From Antechinus flavipes (Eukaryota), in assembly GCF_016432865.1 (NCBI RefSeq), contig NC_067400.1:629176001-629240000 (forward strand): DNA of 64,000 nt, given 5' to 3'. The stretch's first letter is position 1. Every line of letters starts with the position of its first letter. The position numbers and the translations under genes are program-made. Shown here piece after piece: positions 8,985 through 25,241 of this stretch. The notes under the pieces are model-generated. The model was given only the letters and a program-made list of their open reading frames with translations, was not told the DNA's origin and searched no databases.

Positions 8985-11796
8985 ACACCTTCAGACCCTC
9001 CCCCCCCCCAAACACACACACCGAGTCAGCCTGGGCTCCCCTCTCCTGGGGGCGAAGGGCTCAGTCCCGGGAGAGGGGAAAGCTTCCCACTTGAGACGGA
9101 CCCTCCCTCCCCACCCTCAGCGGAAAGCACCTGTCCCATTGGCCGACCACCTCCCTCTATGCAAATGTTCCTGGAGGAGAAGGAGAGGATTGGCTGAGCT
9201 CTAGAGGGGGCGGACTGGGGGGAGGTGACCCTCGAAGCCGAGTTCGGGGAATAAAAGCTTTCTTCCACATATGGACGAAACCATTCTTGATTACGGGAGG
9301 GGGCGCGGGGGAGGAAGGGGCCATTGGGAACTGGTGGGGGGGTCCTCAGAGATTTAGAGATGCTCAGAGACGAGAGACGCGTGGCGGCTATACCGAGATA
9401 CTTGGCGACAGGGAGGGGCAGGCAGGGGGCCGTCGGGGGCAGGACTGGGCGCGGAGGATAAGCCCGTCTGTCCCGAGATCCGGAAGCCCGACATCCGTAA
9501 AGCCAGGTGAGCTACAGAGAAAGGGGGAGGGGGGGCGAGTCCACAGCACGTCAGCTCCGGAGTCCAGGCGCCCATCGGCCCCCTTTGCCGCCGTCAGCGC
9601 CCCCCTCCCCAGAGACCCAGGCATCCGCGTTCCTAACGCCCCCAAGAGAGATCCAGACACCCGAACTCGATCTCCCCCCCCCCCGACAGACCCAGGCATC
9701 CGAGCTCCTAACCCCCGCCCCCTCAGAGACCCGGGCATCCCTTCTCCGCAATCTTGGTAGCCTTCAGGGGCTCGGAAGTCCCGGGGCGCAGCCTCCTGCC
9801 TCGGGCGGCCGCGTCAGGAATTCAGCCCCTTTGGGGGAACGTTGCTTTTCCCCCTCCAAGTTCTTCCTTTCTCGGGCCCCCGGGCCCCCTCATCCCCTCT
9901 CGCAGGTGGCGTGATCCCTGGTCTCCCTTCAAAGCCCCCCAGGCATCCTTGGTACCCAAGCCATATTCTCCTCCCGGGACTCGGGCAACCTGCTCTCTCC
10001 TTCCTACCCCGCTCCCCCGAGAGTCCTGACCTCAGCCCCCGCCGCAAGGACCCCGGAACCCTGGACCCCATACCTATGCAGAAGCCTGCCTCCCTCCCCA
10101 GGCCCGCGCTCCCATCTCCATGGCAACAGGAGTCTATTCTGCGCCTGGAACAACCCGCTTCTGCCGCAGCCGTGGCCCTCCCCCCCACTTTCCCCTTCCC
10201 GTCCCCCACCCCAGCTCCCGGAAGGGAAGGGGCTCTTTGAGTCTGTCTGCCATTGTCGCCCCCCTCCTCACGCCGAGCCCCCCCAGGCAGGGAGAAATGG
10301 AGGGGAGATGACAGGCCGGGGCTGAGGTGCCTAGAACAAAGAAAGACGATGGAGCCTGAGACGAAAGGACCCTAGCATAGGAAGGCACGCAGCCTGGGGG
10401 GGGTACTGGGGGGGGGCAATAAACGGGCGCTGCCCTGCTTCCTCCCGGCTCAGCCTGCAGCGGCCAGAACCCCGCCCCCACTCTGCTGCTCCAGGACCCT
10501 TCCGTCTGGCTGTCCAGAAGCCCACTCGTGTCCCCCCATGCCATGGCCAGCGGCTCCCGTCCTTTGCCCCTGCCGTTCCGAAGGCTTCCTTCTTCCCAAC
10601 CCTAAATCCTCCCCCGGAGCCCCTAGAATCTGCACAGAGCCACACACCCCCCAAGTGCCCCAGCTCCCACCTAGCCACCCACACACAGGCACACAGACGG
10701 GGCTCTGCCCCCCCCCCCACACACACACACAAAGATACACAGGGAGCGAGCTCGCACCGACACCGCTCACAACGCTCGGCCGCTTCCCTCCCTCACACGC
10801 TCCCCAGGCTGAAGCTGTGGGCAATTGGCAAAGCCGGGTAAGGAGGGGGGGCCGGAGCCCCCGCCCAGCCCCTGTCCGTCTCTGTGGCCCTGCTCCCAGC
10901 TGGGGGATGGGCAAGGGGGGCGTTGAATCTCTGCTTTGGCATAAGCAGGTGGAGGAGCGCAGACGGGGGCCAGCGGAGGAGACGGGGGCTAGGGGGCCAT
11001 TGGAGCTCTCCACCCAACACTCCCGGGAAGCCCGGGCCGGTGGCAGGGGGCCAAGAGCTCGCGGGTGAGAGCGGCCTGGCCCTGCCCCTCCCTCCCCTGC
11101 CTCGCCTCCCCCTCCATCCCCGGCTTCGTTTCCCTCGCTGTTTCTAAGTGTCTCCCACATCTCAGTCTGCGTCGTCTCCTTTGTCTGCCCCTCTCGGCTC
11201 TCCTGCTTCTCACTCTGGGGCCGGGAGGTGGCCGCCTCTCCCGGCTGAGGCTAGTGGGGGCCCGGGGGACAGATGTGGCCGCCACTCTCTGTAGCCGCCC
11301 CCACCAAAGACCACCGGAGGCTAAGGGGGAGCAGAAGGAAGGGGGTCCGTCTGCCGGCCGGGGACTTTGGGGGAGGGGGATTCTGTGTGTGTCCGGGGCC
11401 CCGTTTGGGGGAGGGGGCACCCCACCCCCGCTGTGACTTGGGCGGCCGGAGCTGTGCCCAGGTGTTTCTGGGGATTGTGATTGCGGTGGCTGGGGGTGGG
11501 GGATGGGTTCCTGCCTGTGGGAACCAAGTGTGCACCTGTGTATGCGGATGCGTCTGTCACTGCGTGTGCGCGCGTGAGTGTGAGCGCGCGTGTGCGTGTG
11601 CCGCGGGACCGGAGAGCTCCCGTCCGGGAGGGGAAGTGCGGCGGCCACAAGTAGTGTCTGGCCTGCAGCCGGGCCCCCGGGGCGCGGAGGAGGCGCGCGG
11701 CCGTCGGGCCGGACCGCGCTGCCGGGGGCAGAGCGTGGCCGGGGCCGCCGGCGGTGTCTGTCAGCGTCTGGGGGGGGCTGGCTGCCTGGGTGGGTG

Positions 11797-15642
<3,846 letters not shown>

Positions 15643-18126
15643 GGGCCCGAAGCTGGCCCTCCCGGAGGCGCCCACCGCGCGAGGCCCGGCCAGGCTGCCC
15701 GGCCGCCGGGGGCCGCGGGGGCCTCGCCTCTGGGGCTCCGCCCCGGCCAGCGCGTCCCTTCTGCGCCACGAGCTCCAGAGGCTCCGGGCCTTCCTGGACC
15801 TCGCCCCCGCCACTCTCCCCTTGTCCCCGGTGATCGCCTTCTCGTGACATCACTGCCAAAGCCTTCGCCCCTTCCACGTGTTCCTCTCCCCCCGACGGCG
15901 TCTCCGGAGGCCCCCTCCCGACTCACCCCGAGGCTCCTGGGTGTCCCGAGGTGCTAGAGGCTCCCCCCCCCGCTGCTAGCCCCCTCGCCCACGGCGCCCC
16001 CTCCCGGGCACGTGGCCCTCCACGCGGCCATCGGCAGATCTCCGCCCCTCCCTGCTCCACCACGCCCATCTCTGCGACGCCACCCGGGCCGCCCGGGCTC
16101 CTTCCCTGCGGAGCGTTCTCCTGGGGGTTCCGACCCTCTTGGGAGGCGACCCGGGAGCAGCGGGGGTCAGCAGGAGACTGGCCACGCCCCGCTGCGTTCC
16201 CGCCGGGCCCTTCCGTGGTGTCATTTCCCAGAGGCCCCTCCCCGCTCCCGTTCCTTCCTGGGATTTGGGCCTGAGGACTCCCACCGCCCCCCGAGAGTGT
16301 GAACTCGCTGCCATCGCACGGGGGCGTTGGGGGAGCCTGGCCCTTAGCCCAGCCCTCTGGGCCCCGGCTCAGGCCTCTCCCCCTCGGCCGTCCGGCCTTC
16401 CTCCCTCCGGGTCCTCCTCAGAGGAGCCAGGGAAGGCGGCAGCTGGAGCCCCCGATGGCCGGCCATCTCGTCCAGCCCCGGCCGCCACCTCCCGCCCGAT
16501 GAGGGCGCTCGCAGCCTCTTCTCGAAGCCTCCAGGGAGCGACCCGCGCGTCTCTTGGGCTTGGGGGCAGCTCTCGTCGGGGACTTCTTCGCGGGATCGGG
16601 GCCCACTCAGCATCTTTGCAGGCCCCGCCACCCCAGCTCCGGCCTCGGGGCAAATGGAAGAAATCTCGTTCGTTCTGAGACAGCCCCCCGTTCCCCACCC
16701 CCTGTCCCCCCCCAGCCTCCCCGCTCAAGTCACGCTGTCCTCTCAAAGGACGTCTCCCGGTGGCCCCGGGCTGTCCTGGCTGATCCGGGTCCTCCTTGCC
16801 CGGGGGCTCCCAGAACCGCGCCCAGCCTTGTGGGCGCGCCCTGACCAGGCAGCGAGCAGCCGGACTCGCCTCGCCTTCCCGCAGCCCCGGGGGCTCCCCA
16901 CCCGGCAGCCTGACGGAGGCGGCTTCCTCGGCCCGGGGCCGGCCTGAGGGTCTGGGTCCCCGGGGCGTCCTCCTGCGCCTCGGGCCCCCGGCTTGAAGGC
17001 CCCCGCCCCCAGCCTGGGGGCCTCCCCTGGGACGGGCGGTCGCTTCCTTCCTGCCGGTCCCCGGGGCCCGTGTCGCGCCTCCCTCCGGTGACCGGTGTCG
17101 CCGCTGCTGTCCGGACGGCTGCCTCGATGACGTCGCCTCCTCGGGGACCCTCCCCCCCAGCGGATGTCACTGCTCACGGGCCTGGCCGAGAGTGACCCGG
17201 CCCCCCGGCGGGTGGGGCGGCTCGTGTCTGCCTGCGGGGGCGCTTCCTCCCCGCCGAGGATGTCCTGGCCTCCCTCGGAGATTCCTGCTCCGGGGGCTTG
17301 GGGAGCGGCCCCTTCTCCGTGAAATCACTGCCTCTTTGCCCTCACTGCCGTGAGCTCTGCCCCCTCTGACTGCCTCGACCTCCGGCCCCCCCTCCCGGAC
17401 TCGGGCTTCCCCTTTGGGGCTGGGGGTGGGCAGAGGGAAGCCTGGAGGAGCCGGCAGGGGCTGAGACCATTCTTAAGGCATCTCCCCTTCCCCTCCCCCA
17501 GGGAGCCTTTCTGGTGTTTGGGGGCTCCCCCATTCCCCACGCACAACTCATCCTCCCCTTGTACATAGCCATGATTTGGGGGTGCCTATACCCCAACACT
17601 AAAGGGCTAAACCCTCCCCAGCCCCAGGGCAAGGTGGGGGGCTCCTCTCCCCGACCGTCCCCAGCCCTCCCCCCAATGCCTGCACTTCTGCCCTCAGCTC
17701 CAGCTGCACCTTAGTGGTGAGACCAGGCCCTTGGCAGGGCGGGGGAGGAGCCGGCGCTGCCCGGCAGGACTCCTTTGTGCGAGGCCCCCGGGCCCACGCC
17801 CCACAGCCCACTCCATGGGGCCTCCCAGCCTTCCCCACTCCAGAACTCTCTCTTCCGTTTGTCCCCCACCCCCATTCTGCTCCCTCCCTTTGTTTCCCTC
17901 TCAAGGACCCAGGTGGGCACTAGCCCATCTGCCCGGGGTGCCCGCGCCCCCTTGATGATTATAAGCCATAATGGGAAAAGGCCAGGGCAGGGGGGGAGGG
18001 GGGATGGAGCGGGACAGGCTTTGGGAGCAGAGCAAAGCTGCAGGAATCCAGCCTCTCCCACCCCAGGACACTTTGGACCTTTTCTGTTCTGGAATTGCTG
18101 GGGTGGAGGAGGGAGGAGGGAGCACT

Positions 18127-18267
18127 CCGTGGGAGAGGACGCCCCAGCCCTCGCCCCGTGGGAGAGCAGCTCCAGCCCTCGCCCCGTGGGAGAGCAGCTC
18201 CAGCCCTCGCCCCGTGGGAGAGCAGCTCCAGCCCTCGCCCCGTGGGAGAGCAGCTCCAGCCCTCGCC
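18127..18267 (+). repeat. 28-nt perfect tandem repeat, about 4.5 copies, in the SHISA7 3' UTR
   Basis: ccagccctcgccccgtgggagagcagct starts at 18144, 18172, 18200, 18228 and 18256 (partial). Confidence 0.95.
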
Positions 18268-18324
18268 TCTCCCTCTCTGCTCTCCGCCTGAGTGAAGCCA
18301 GAGTTGTATCTTTGAGATTTTTGG

Positions 18325-18330
18325 AATAAA
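18325..18330 (+). terminator. Likely SHISA7 polyadenylation signal
   Basis: AATAAA followed by GT/T-rich caggtgtttttcctg. Confidence 0.65.
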
Positions 18331-18469
18331 CAGGTGTTTTCCTGCTTCCTGTTTCAGGAGGCTCTGTTTTTACTGACCATGGGAGCTCTGGTGCTAGGGA
18401 AAGTCTGACCCTTCTCCAGCATATGGAGGGTCTCTGGTGTGCGACTTCTGCCTCTGACCCACTCATGCC

Positions 18470-18840
18470 CCGCTAACTCCATCTCAGCCCTCCATCCCGG
18501 CCCCCTCATCCTGGCCCCGTCTCAGCCTCCATCCCGCCCCCTCATCCTGGCCCCGTCTCAGCCCTCCATCCTGATCCCTTCTTGGCCCCCCATCCCAGCC
18601 CCATCTCGGCCCCATCTGGGCCCCCCCCCATCCCGCCCTGTCCTGGTCCCGTCTCAGCCCTCCATCCCGGCCCCCTCATCCTGGCCCCGTCTCAGCCCTC
18701 CATCTTGATCCCTTCTTGGCCCCCCCATCCCAGCCCCATCTGGGCCCCCCCCCCCATCCCGGCCCTGTCCTGGTCCCGTCTCAGCCCTCCATCCCGGCCC
18801 CGTCTCAGCCCCTCTGTCCCCACTCTGTCTCGGCCCCTCC
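18470..18840 (+). repeat. C-rich minisatellite (ccccgtctcagccctccatcc units)
   Basis: Seen directly. Confidence 0.9.
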
Positions 18841-20190
18841 ATCTCATTTGCTCCATCTGGGAAAGGAGGGCTTGGACCACATGATTTCTGAGAACCCGAG
18901 GAAACCCTCCCGTAAAGCTCCATAAACCCGAAGGCGAGCAGCTCTGCTGGAGGAGCCAGAGTACTCGCTGAGCACGGGGAGCCCGGGAGCGCCTCCGAGC
19001 CGTGCGGACTTCCCTTAAGCAGATGGTCCCGGAGGATGTTCTCTGGCCCACTTTAAGCACATGCGTAGGACGGCCGGGGCTGTCCCCAGGCACCCCATCC
19101 CAGGTCCTTCGGAAGATCCCTGCTCGGTGCAATAAGTTACGCGTGGCCAGGAGCCGCTCCAGCTGCCCCCCCGGGGGAGGAGAGCTAGGGCCGCTGTTCT
19201 CCATCCCCCAGACACCCCCGTGGTGAATCTGTCTTTGCTTGGGGAGCCTCCAGCTCCCGGAGGTTGCCCCCGCCTGTGTTTATAAGGAACGCTTCAACCT
19301 GTAAAGAGTTTGCCAACTATTGGCCAGAGAAACCGAGACAGAGTCAGGAGCCACAGCCCCCTCCGGGATCCCCTTGGGTACAACGCAAGCCCTGCCCTGA
19401 GCCCCCCCAGCCTCTCTCACTGCCTGAGGTCATTCTGCACATGGCTCCGAGTCTCTGAGGGCCGCTAGGTGGGGCAGTGGACAGAGTTCTGGCTCTGCAG
19501 CGGGGAAGGCTGCCCTTCCTGAATCCCAACCCGACCTCACACACACTGTGCAACTCCGGGCAGGTCGTTTAAGCCCATTTGCCACAGTTTCCTCACCCGT
19601 CAAACGAGCCGGAGAAGGAGACCGAACCACTCCAGTATCTTTGCCGGGTAACCCTAAGGGGCTCCCTAAGGCTTCCACGGGACTGAACCACACGAGGCTG
19701 TTTCTGCCCCTCTCCCGACTCCTGCTCTGCCCCCCCCTCCCCAAACACGTTCCGAGCACGGCCCCTGCCCTCCAGAAAGTCAGTCTGGGAGCAGGAAGAG
19801 GGCGGGCACAGGTGACCCTCATGCAAGGGAAGCAAGGTAACCGCGACAGGTAACGGCGACGAATGACCGCCCAGAGCGACACACACTGAGCAAATGGCGG
19901 AGCCAAGTGGATGGAGGAGGGTGTGATATGGGACGATTTCTTTCGGGATCCTGGACGTTATCAGAGCAAGGAAGGAGGCGCTAAAAACCACGATCCCCCC
20001 CACTGAGTACCGGGAAGGACACGGTCGGGTGGCCAGAAGTAAAACACCGGCGGCTCATTCCCTTCCTAAACTGAGAGACGCCGAGCCCTTCCCCGGACTA
20101 TGGCATGCAAAGGTTGTCCTGAAACGGAGCGTCACCGTGGACAGAACTGTTCCCCGGCCATCGCCCCGATCCCTCAGAACTTAGAAACAA

Positions 20191-20310
20191 GGGGCGGCCG
20201 GGTGGCCGGCCCCGAAGTCAGGAGGACCCGAGTGCAAATCCCGCCTCAGACACTTAATACCTCCTAGCTGTGGGAACCGGGGCGAGTCACTTAACTCCCA
20301 TTGTCTGCCC
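20191..20310 (+). mobile_element. Marsupial tRNA-derived SINE, GC-shifted
   Basis: ggggcggccgggtgg...gtcaggaggacccgagtgcaaatcccgcctcagacactt...gagtcacttaac. Confidence 0.75.
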
Positions 20311-20494
20311 CTAAAATATAAAAAAGAACAAGGTCCCAGCCATACTGAACACAGTGCAAGTGGCGCTTACCGGTTAGATCTGGGCCCACTGTGAGTCTGC
20401 AGCTGTCCATGGTGAGCCCACCCGCAGAGGCAGCCGCCAGTCGTCGCCGGAGGAGCATCAGAGTAGCGTTTCTTAAGCATTTTAAGGGTTATTA

Positions 20495-20900
20495 GGTGGG
20501 TTATGTGGCTCACGTCATTTGTACATCACAAGTCGGTGATGGGGGTCCTATTGTTTCCATTTTACAGGTGAGGAGACGAAGCTTTGAGAGAGTAAATGGT
20601 CAAGGTGATACAGCCAGTAAGTCGCTGAGGCTGGATGATGATGATGATGATGAAGAACACGCACAAGGCCTCTGTTATGTATCAGACACTATGCTAAGGG
20701 CTTTGTTACTATTAGTCCTGTGAAGTGGCTGCTATTAATATCCCAATTAGCAGATAAAGGGACAGAGGCCACGGGAGGTCACACGGACAGTCTCTGGGGT
20801 CAGCCTCCCGGGGCCAGATCCCGAGGAAAGCCGGTTACTGAGGTGGCACAGTAGGAAGCGTTCTCTGAGAACCCGAGGCACGCGCTCCCACAAATATAAC
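20495..20900 (-). mobile_element. MIR-family fragments, antisense
   Basis: ccattttacaggtgaggagac and gcagataaagggacagaggcc motifs; approximate bounds. Confidence 0.6.
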
Positions 20901-21929
20901 CCACGGGGAGAGTGCTCGCGGTCACACGCAGAACGGCACATCGGGGGGCGCGTGGCTGGGGCCCATGTGGAGGTTCGACTTTTGGCCAAGGGGATGCTGG
21001 GGGAAGAAGGAAGTCAGGAGCCACAATTTGTTAAAAGCGTGCCGCGTTCCCGGCGCTGTGCTCGGTGCCGTGCGGGGAATACAGATGGAAGCAAAGGGAA
21101 AGCCCATCCTGCCCTCAAAGAGCGGGATTCACAAAGGGGAGCCTAAGTGGGGGTGGCTGCGAAGGGAGAGGAGGCTCACGGGCCTGAGCCCCTCCAAAAC
21201 GGAGGCCCGCCCAGCGGAGGATATTCCAGGAGAAGCAGGCCCTAAGTACGGTGGGATGCTCCGCCATGGCGGGGCCCCAGGGGGACAAAGGGGCGGAGAC
21301 GTGGGGAAGTCTAGAGCAGAACTGGGAGCCCGAGCACTCACCCGCTCGCGGACCTCTGGCAGTGAGCCGCCAGTCCCTCCCCGGACTCACAAAGGGGTGG
21401 CCGTCTCCAACCATCCTTCCCCTCCAAGAGGGAAGGAATTAACTCACAGCAGTGGAAGCCGGGTGTCAGCCCCGAGGGAAAAGACTGAGGCCGGGTCGTC
21501 TCCAGAGGCTGACAGCCTTAGAGCCGAAAAAGAAGGGGAGCGGGGGCTCCGGCTGCCTAGTGCCCTTCCGGGCCCCAGAGCAGCAGCTTTATCCCAGACG
21601 GAGCAGACCAGGCTCAGTCGCAAAATGCTGGAGAGCGGCCTTTGGCCACTGGGCAAGGTCCAGAGGATCATGCTCATTTCTGCCATATTCCCCAGGGAAC
21701 GACTGGATCTGGAAATGGCAATTGGCCAAAGGCAGAACCCCGGGGCATTAAAAAGAAAAAAAAAGCCATGAGAAAAAAACAAAACTAAACGAAGAAAACC
21801 AAGCCCCCAAATGCCTATGCTTTGATACGTATTCAGTGTCTGTATCTCTCTCACTGGATGACATGGCGTCTGCCCTCCCAAGTCTGTGGGATTGGCCTTG
21901 AATCAGTCCATTTGTGAGAAGCGCCAAGT

Positions 21930-23540
21930 CCACCCCAGGTGATCTTGTTGTTGCCATATACAGTCCTATTGGTTCTGCTCATTTTACTCAGCATTAGTTC
22001 ATGTTATTTCTCCAGGCCTCTCTGCTGACCATTGATAACAGGACAATAATACTCCATAACTTGTTCAGCCATTCTCCCACTGATGGGCATCCCCTCAGTT
22101 TCCAGTTTCTGGCCACTACAAACAGGGCCGCCACAAACATTTCTGCACATGGGGGTCCCTTTCCCTCCTTTAAGATCTCTTTGGGATATAAGTAGGAACA
22201 CTGCTGGGTCAAAGGGCATGCACAGTTTGATAGCCCTTTGGGCTTAGTTCCCACCGTCCTCTCTCTGGATGTGGATGGCTCTCTCCATCACGAGACTGTT
22301 GGAATCGGCCTGAATCATCTCATTGTTGAGAAGAGCCACGTCCACCAGAACTGCTCATCCTATAGTATTGTTGTCGAAGTATACAATGATCTCCTGGTGC
22401 TGCTCATTTCACTCAGCATCAGCTCATGTCAATCTCTGCAGGCCTCTCAGACATCTTCCTGCTGGTCATTTCTTGCAGAACAATAATATTCCCTAACATT
22501 CATGCACCATAACTGTGATAGGCCAGAAGTCCGAGCTTGAAACACAGGATTCTTACAAGGTACTAAGTCGGTGGAATTGATAGAGACGATAGTTATCTAA
22601 CTTAGCACGGTTCAGTAGGATCGATTTACTCCTACAAGATGTTATGGGCCAGAACTTGAAACAAGGGACTAAGTGGAACTGAGGAGACAGTGGTTAAATC
22701 TAGTTTAGCACTGATTTAATCCTACAACAAATAATGGTTTCCCAGTGATAGAATGATTGGAGTGTACTCAGTGTGGGGCATGTAAGCTAGAAGCCTCAGC
22801 CAGGGAGATTCAGAGACATTCGGAGAGAAGGCAAAGGACTGGTGGCAGGCGCTTGTGCTCGCAGAACCGAGGGGAGAAATTCAATTCCATCTTCGACCTT
22901 CCTGGTGACTGGCCTGGCCTCCTGCACTTCCCCACTAAGATGGAGGCCAGACTGAAAGGCTCTCCAGAAAGCCGCCCAGCATCAGGCAAAGAGATAATAA
23001 AGGATCTGGACTTTAAGAAAGCTAACCGGGCCCCAGGAAAGGAGACAAGACTTGGAAAGAGACAATAAAGGATTTGGATTTAACTCCTGGCTGCACTTGT
23101 GGTGATTACTGAACTGAAAGGAAGGCTGCCTCCAGAGACCCCAGGAGAACCGAAACAGAGAACTTTACACATAACTTATTAAGTTATTGTCCAACTGATG
23201 GGCATCCACTCAGTTTCCAGTTTCTTCCCACTAAGAAAAGGGCTGCCACAATGATTTTTGCACATGTGGGTCCCTTTCCCTCCTTTGACATCTCTTTGGA
23301 ATACAAGCCAAGTGGAAACACTGCTGGGTCAAAGGGTATGCACAGCTTGATAGCCCTTTGGGCATAGTTCCAAATCATTCTCCAGAATGGTTGGTCGGTT
23401 CACAATTCACCAACAATGCATCAGTGTCCCAGTTTTCCCACATCCCCTCCAACATTCCGCGTTATTTTTTCCTGTCATCTTAGCCCATCTGACAGGGGTG
23501 TAGTGGTATCTCAGAGTTGTCTTAATTTGCATTTCTCTGA
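21930..23540 (-). mobile_element. Antisense L1 3' fragment interrupted by a solo LTR
   Basis: gatgggcatcc.ctcagtttccag and ctgctgggtcaaagggt/catgcacag L1 motifs on both sides of the LTR. Confidence 0.8.
22514..23169 (+). mobile_element. Solo ERV LTR (TG...CA) with target-site duplication CATAAC
   Basis: cataac 22508-22513 | tgtgatagg...aactttaca | cataac 23170-23175; AATAAA near 23063; 5' part internally duplicated from 22640. Confidence 0.85.
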
Positions 23541-23559
23541 TCAATAGTGATTTAGTCAC

Positions 23560-24590
23560 TCATCATTTCTTATGGCACAATGATGCCGCATCACAAACAT
23601 GTACCACAACTTATTCAGTCAGTCCCGATCGATGGGCATCGACTTGATTCTTTGCCACCAGAAAAAGAGCTGCTATAAATATTTTCACAGATACAGGGTT
23701 TTCCCCCTTTTTATGATCTCTTTTCTACTTAAACATTGTAATAGTATGGTTGGATCAAAGAATATGCACAGTTTGGTTGCCCTTTGGACACCGTTGCAAA
23801 TCACTCCCCAGAATGACAACTTTCCCTCTTAATGGGTTTTATGGTTGTTCTTTCTATTATAGTGTTGTATTCATTGTGAGCTGAACAGAGAGAGTTGCAA
23901 ACCTTCCAAGACTGAACTGGGTTTATGTCAAATTTAGGATTCTGAGGCCTCAATTATATTTTTAATCCTTTTTTTAAATTAAAGCTTCTTTATTTTCAAA
24001 ACATATGCATGGATAATTCATCAACATTAACCCTTGCAAAACCTTGTGTTCCAAATTTTCCCCTCCTTCCTCCCATCCCCTCCCCCAGATGGCAAGTAAT
24101 CCAATATATGTTAAACATGTTAAAATAAATGTTAAATCCAATATAGGCATACATATTTATACCATTAGCTTGCTGCACAAGAGAAATCAGATCACAAAGG
24201 GAAAAAAGGAGAAAGAAAAGAAAATGCAAACGAACAACAAAAAGAGTGAAAATGCTATGTTGTGATTCACAGTCAGTTCTCACAGTCCTCCCTCTGGATG
24301 CAGAAGGCTCCCTCCCTCATAAGATCACTGGGACTGGCATCAATCATCTCATTATTGAGAAGAGCCACATCCTTCAGAATACATCCTCGTACAGTATTGT
24401 TGTTGCCGTGTATTTCGATCTCCTGGTCCTGCTCGTTTCCCTCAGCCTCAGTTCCTGTAAGTCTCTCCAGGCCTTTCTGAAGTCATCCTGCTGGTCGTTT
24501 CTTACCGAACAATCATATTCCATAATATTCCTATCCCATAACTCATTCAGCCATTCCCCAAATGATGGGCCTTCCCTCAGTTTCCAGCGT
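23560..24590 (-). mobile_element. Further antisense L1 3' fragments, including a dasyurid-like L1 3' UTR and poly-T end at about 23965
   Basis: tttttaaattaaagc...ttttcaaaacatatgcatggataatt...gttctcacagtcctccctctgg; family call from memory. Confidence 0.75.
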
Positions 24591-25241
24591 CTTGTGGGGC
24601 CTCAATTATGGAGAAAAGGGTAGAGTAGAGCTACATTTCAAAGAGCCCTAAATAGCAGGATAAGAAATTATTACTTCCCTAGGTAGGTGCCGGGAAAATT
24701 ACAGAAGACTTCGAGTTGACACGGAGCAAGATCAGAGGAGGTGTGTGAGGAACTGATTGTATCAGCTAGGGCTGGAATCTGTAGGCCTGAGTTCCAATCT
24801 AACATTTGTGAGATCCTGGGAAAGCTGCTATTCAAGGTTTGCCTCAGGTTCCACAACTGTAAAATGGGGTAATAACCCATCTCAAAGGGTTGTTGTGAGG
24901 ATTAAATAAAATATTCACCCGGAGTTTAGCATAGAGACTAGCATATAGTACATACTATATATATGTTTATCTTCTCTTTCCAATTGAATGATGTATTGGA
25001 ATAACAATTAGGAAGTTTTGCTCATGGTTGGAAAGAGATGACAAGGGTCTGAGCTGGGCCTGGAGCATGGTGATAGAAAGGAGAACGCTCAACATAAGAC
25101 ATATGTAGGTATGTGGACATTCCCACATGTACATGTATATCTAGTTATCTCTTTGTTTTTGTTTCTCTCTCTCTCTATATATATATATGTATGTGTATGT
25201 ATGTATATGTATATATATATGTATGTATGTATATATAACAG

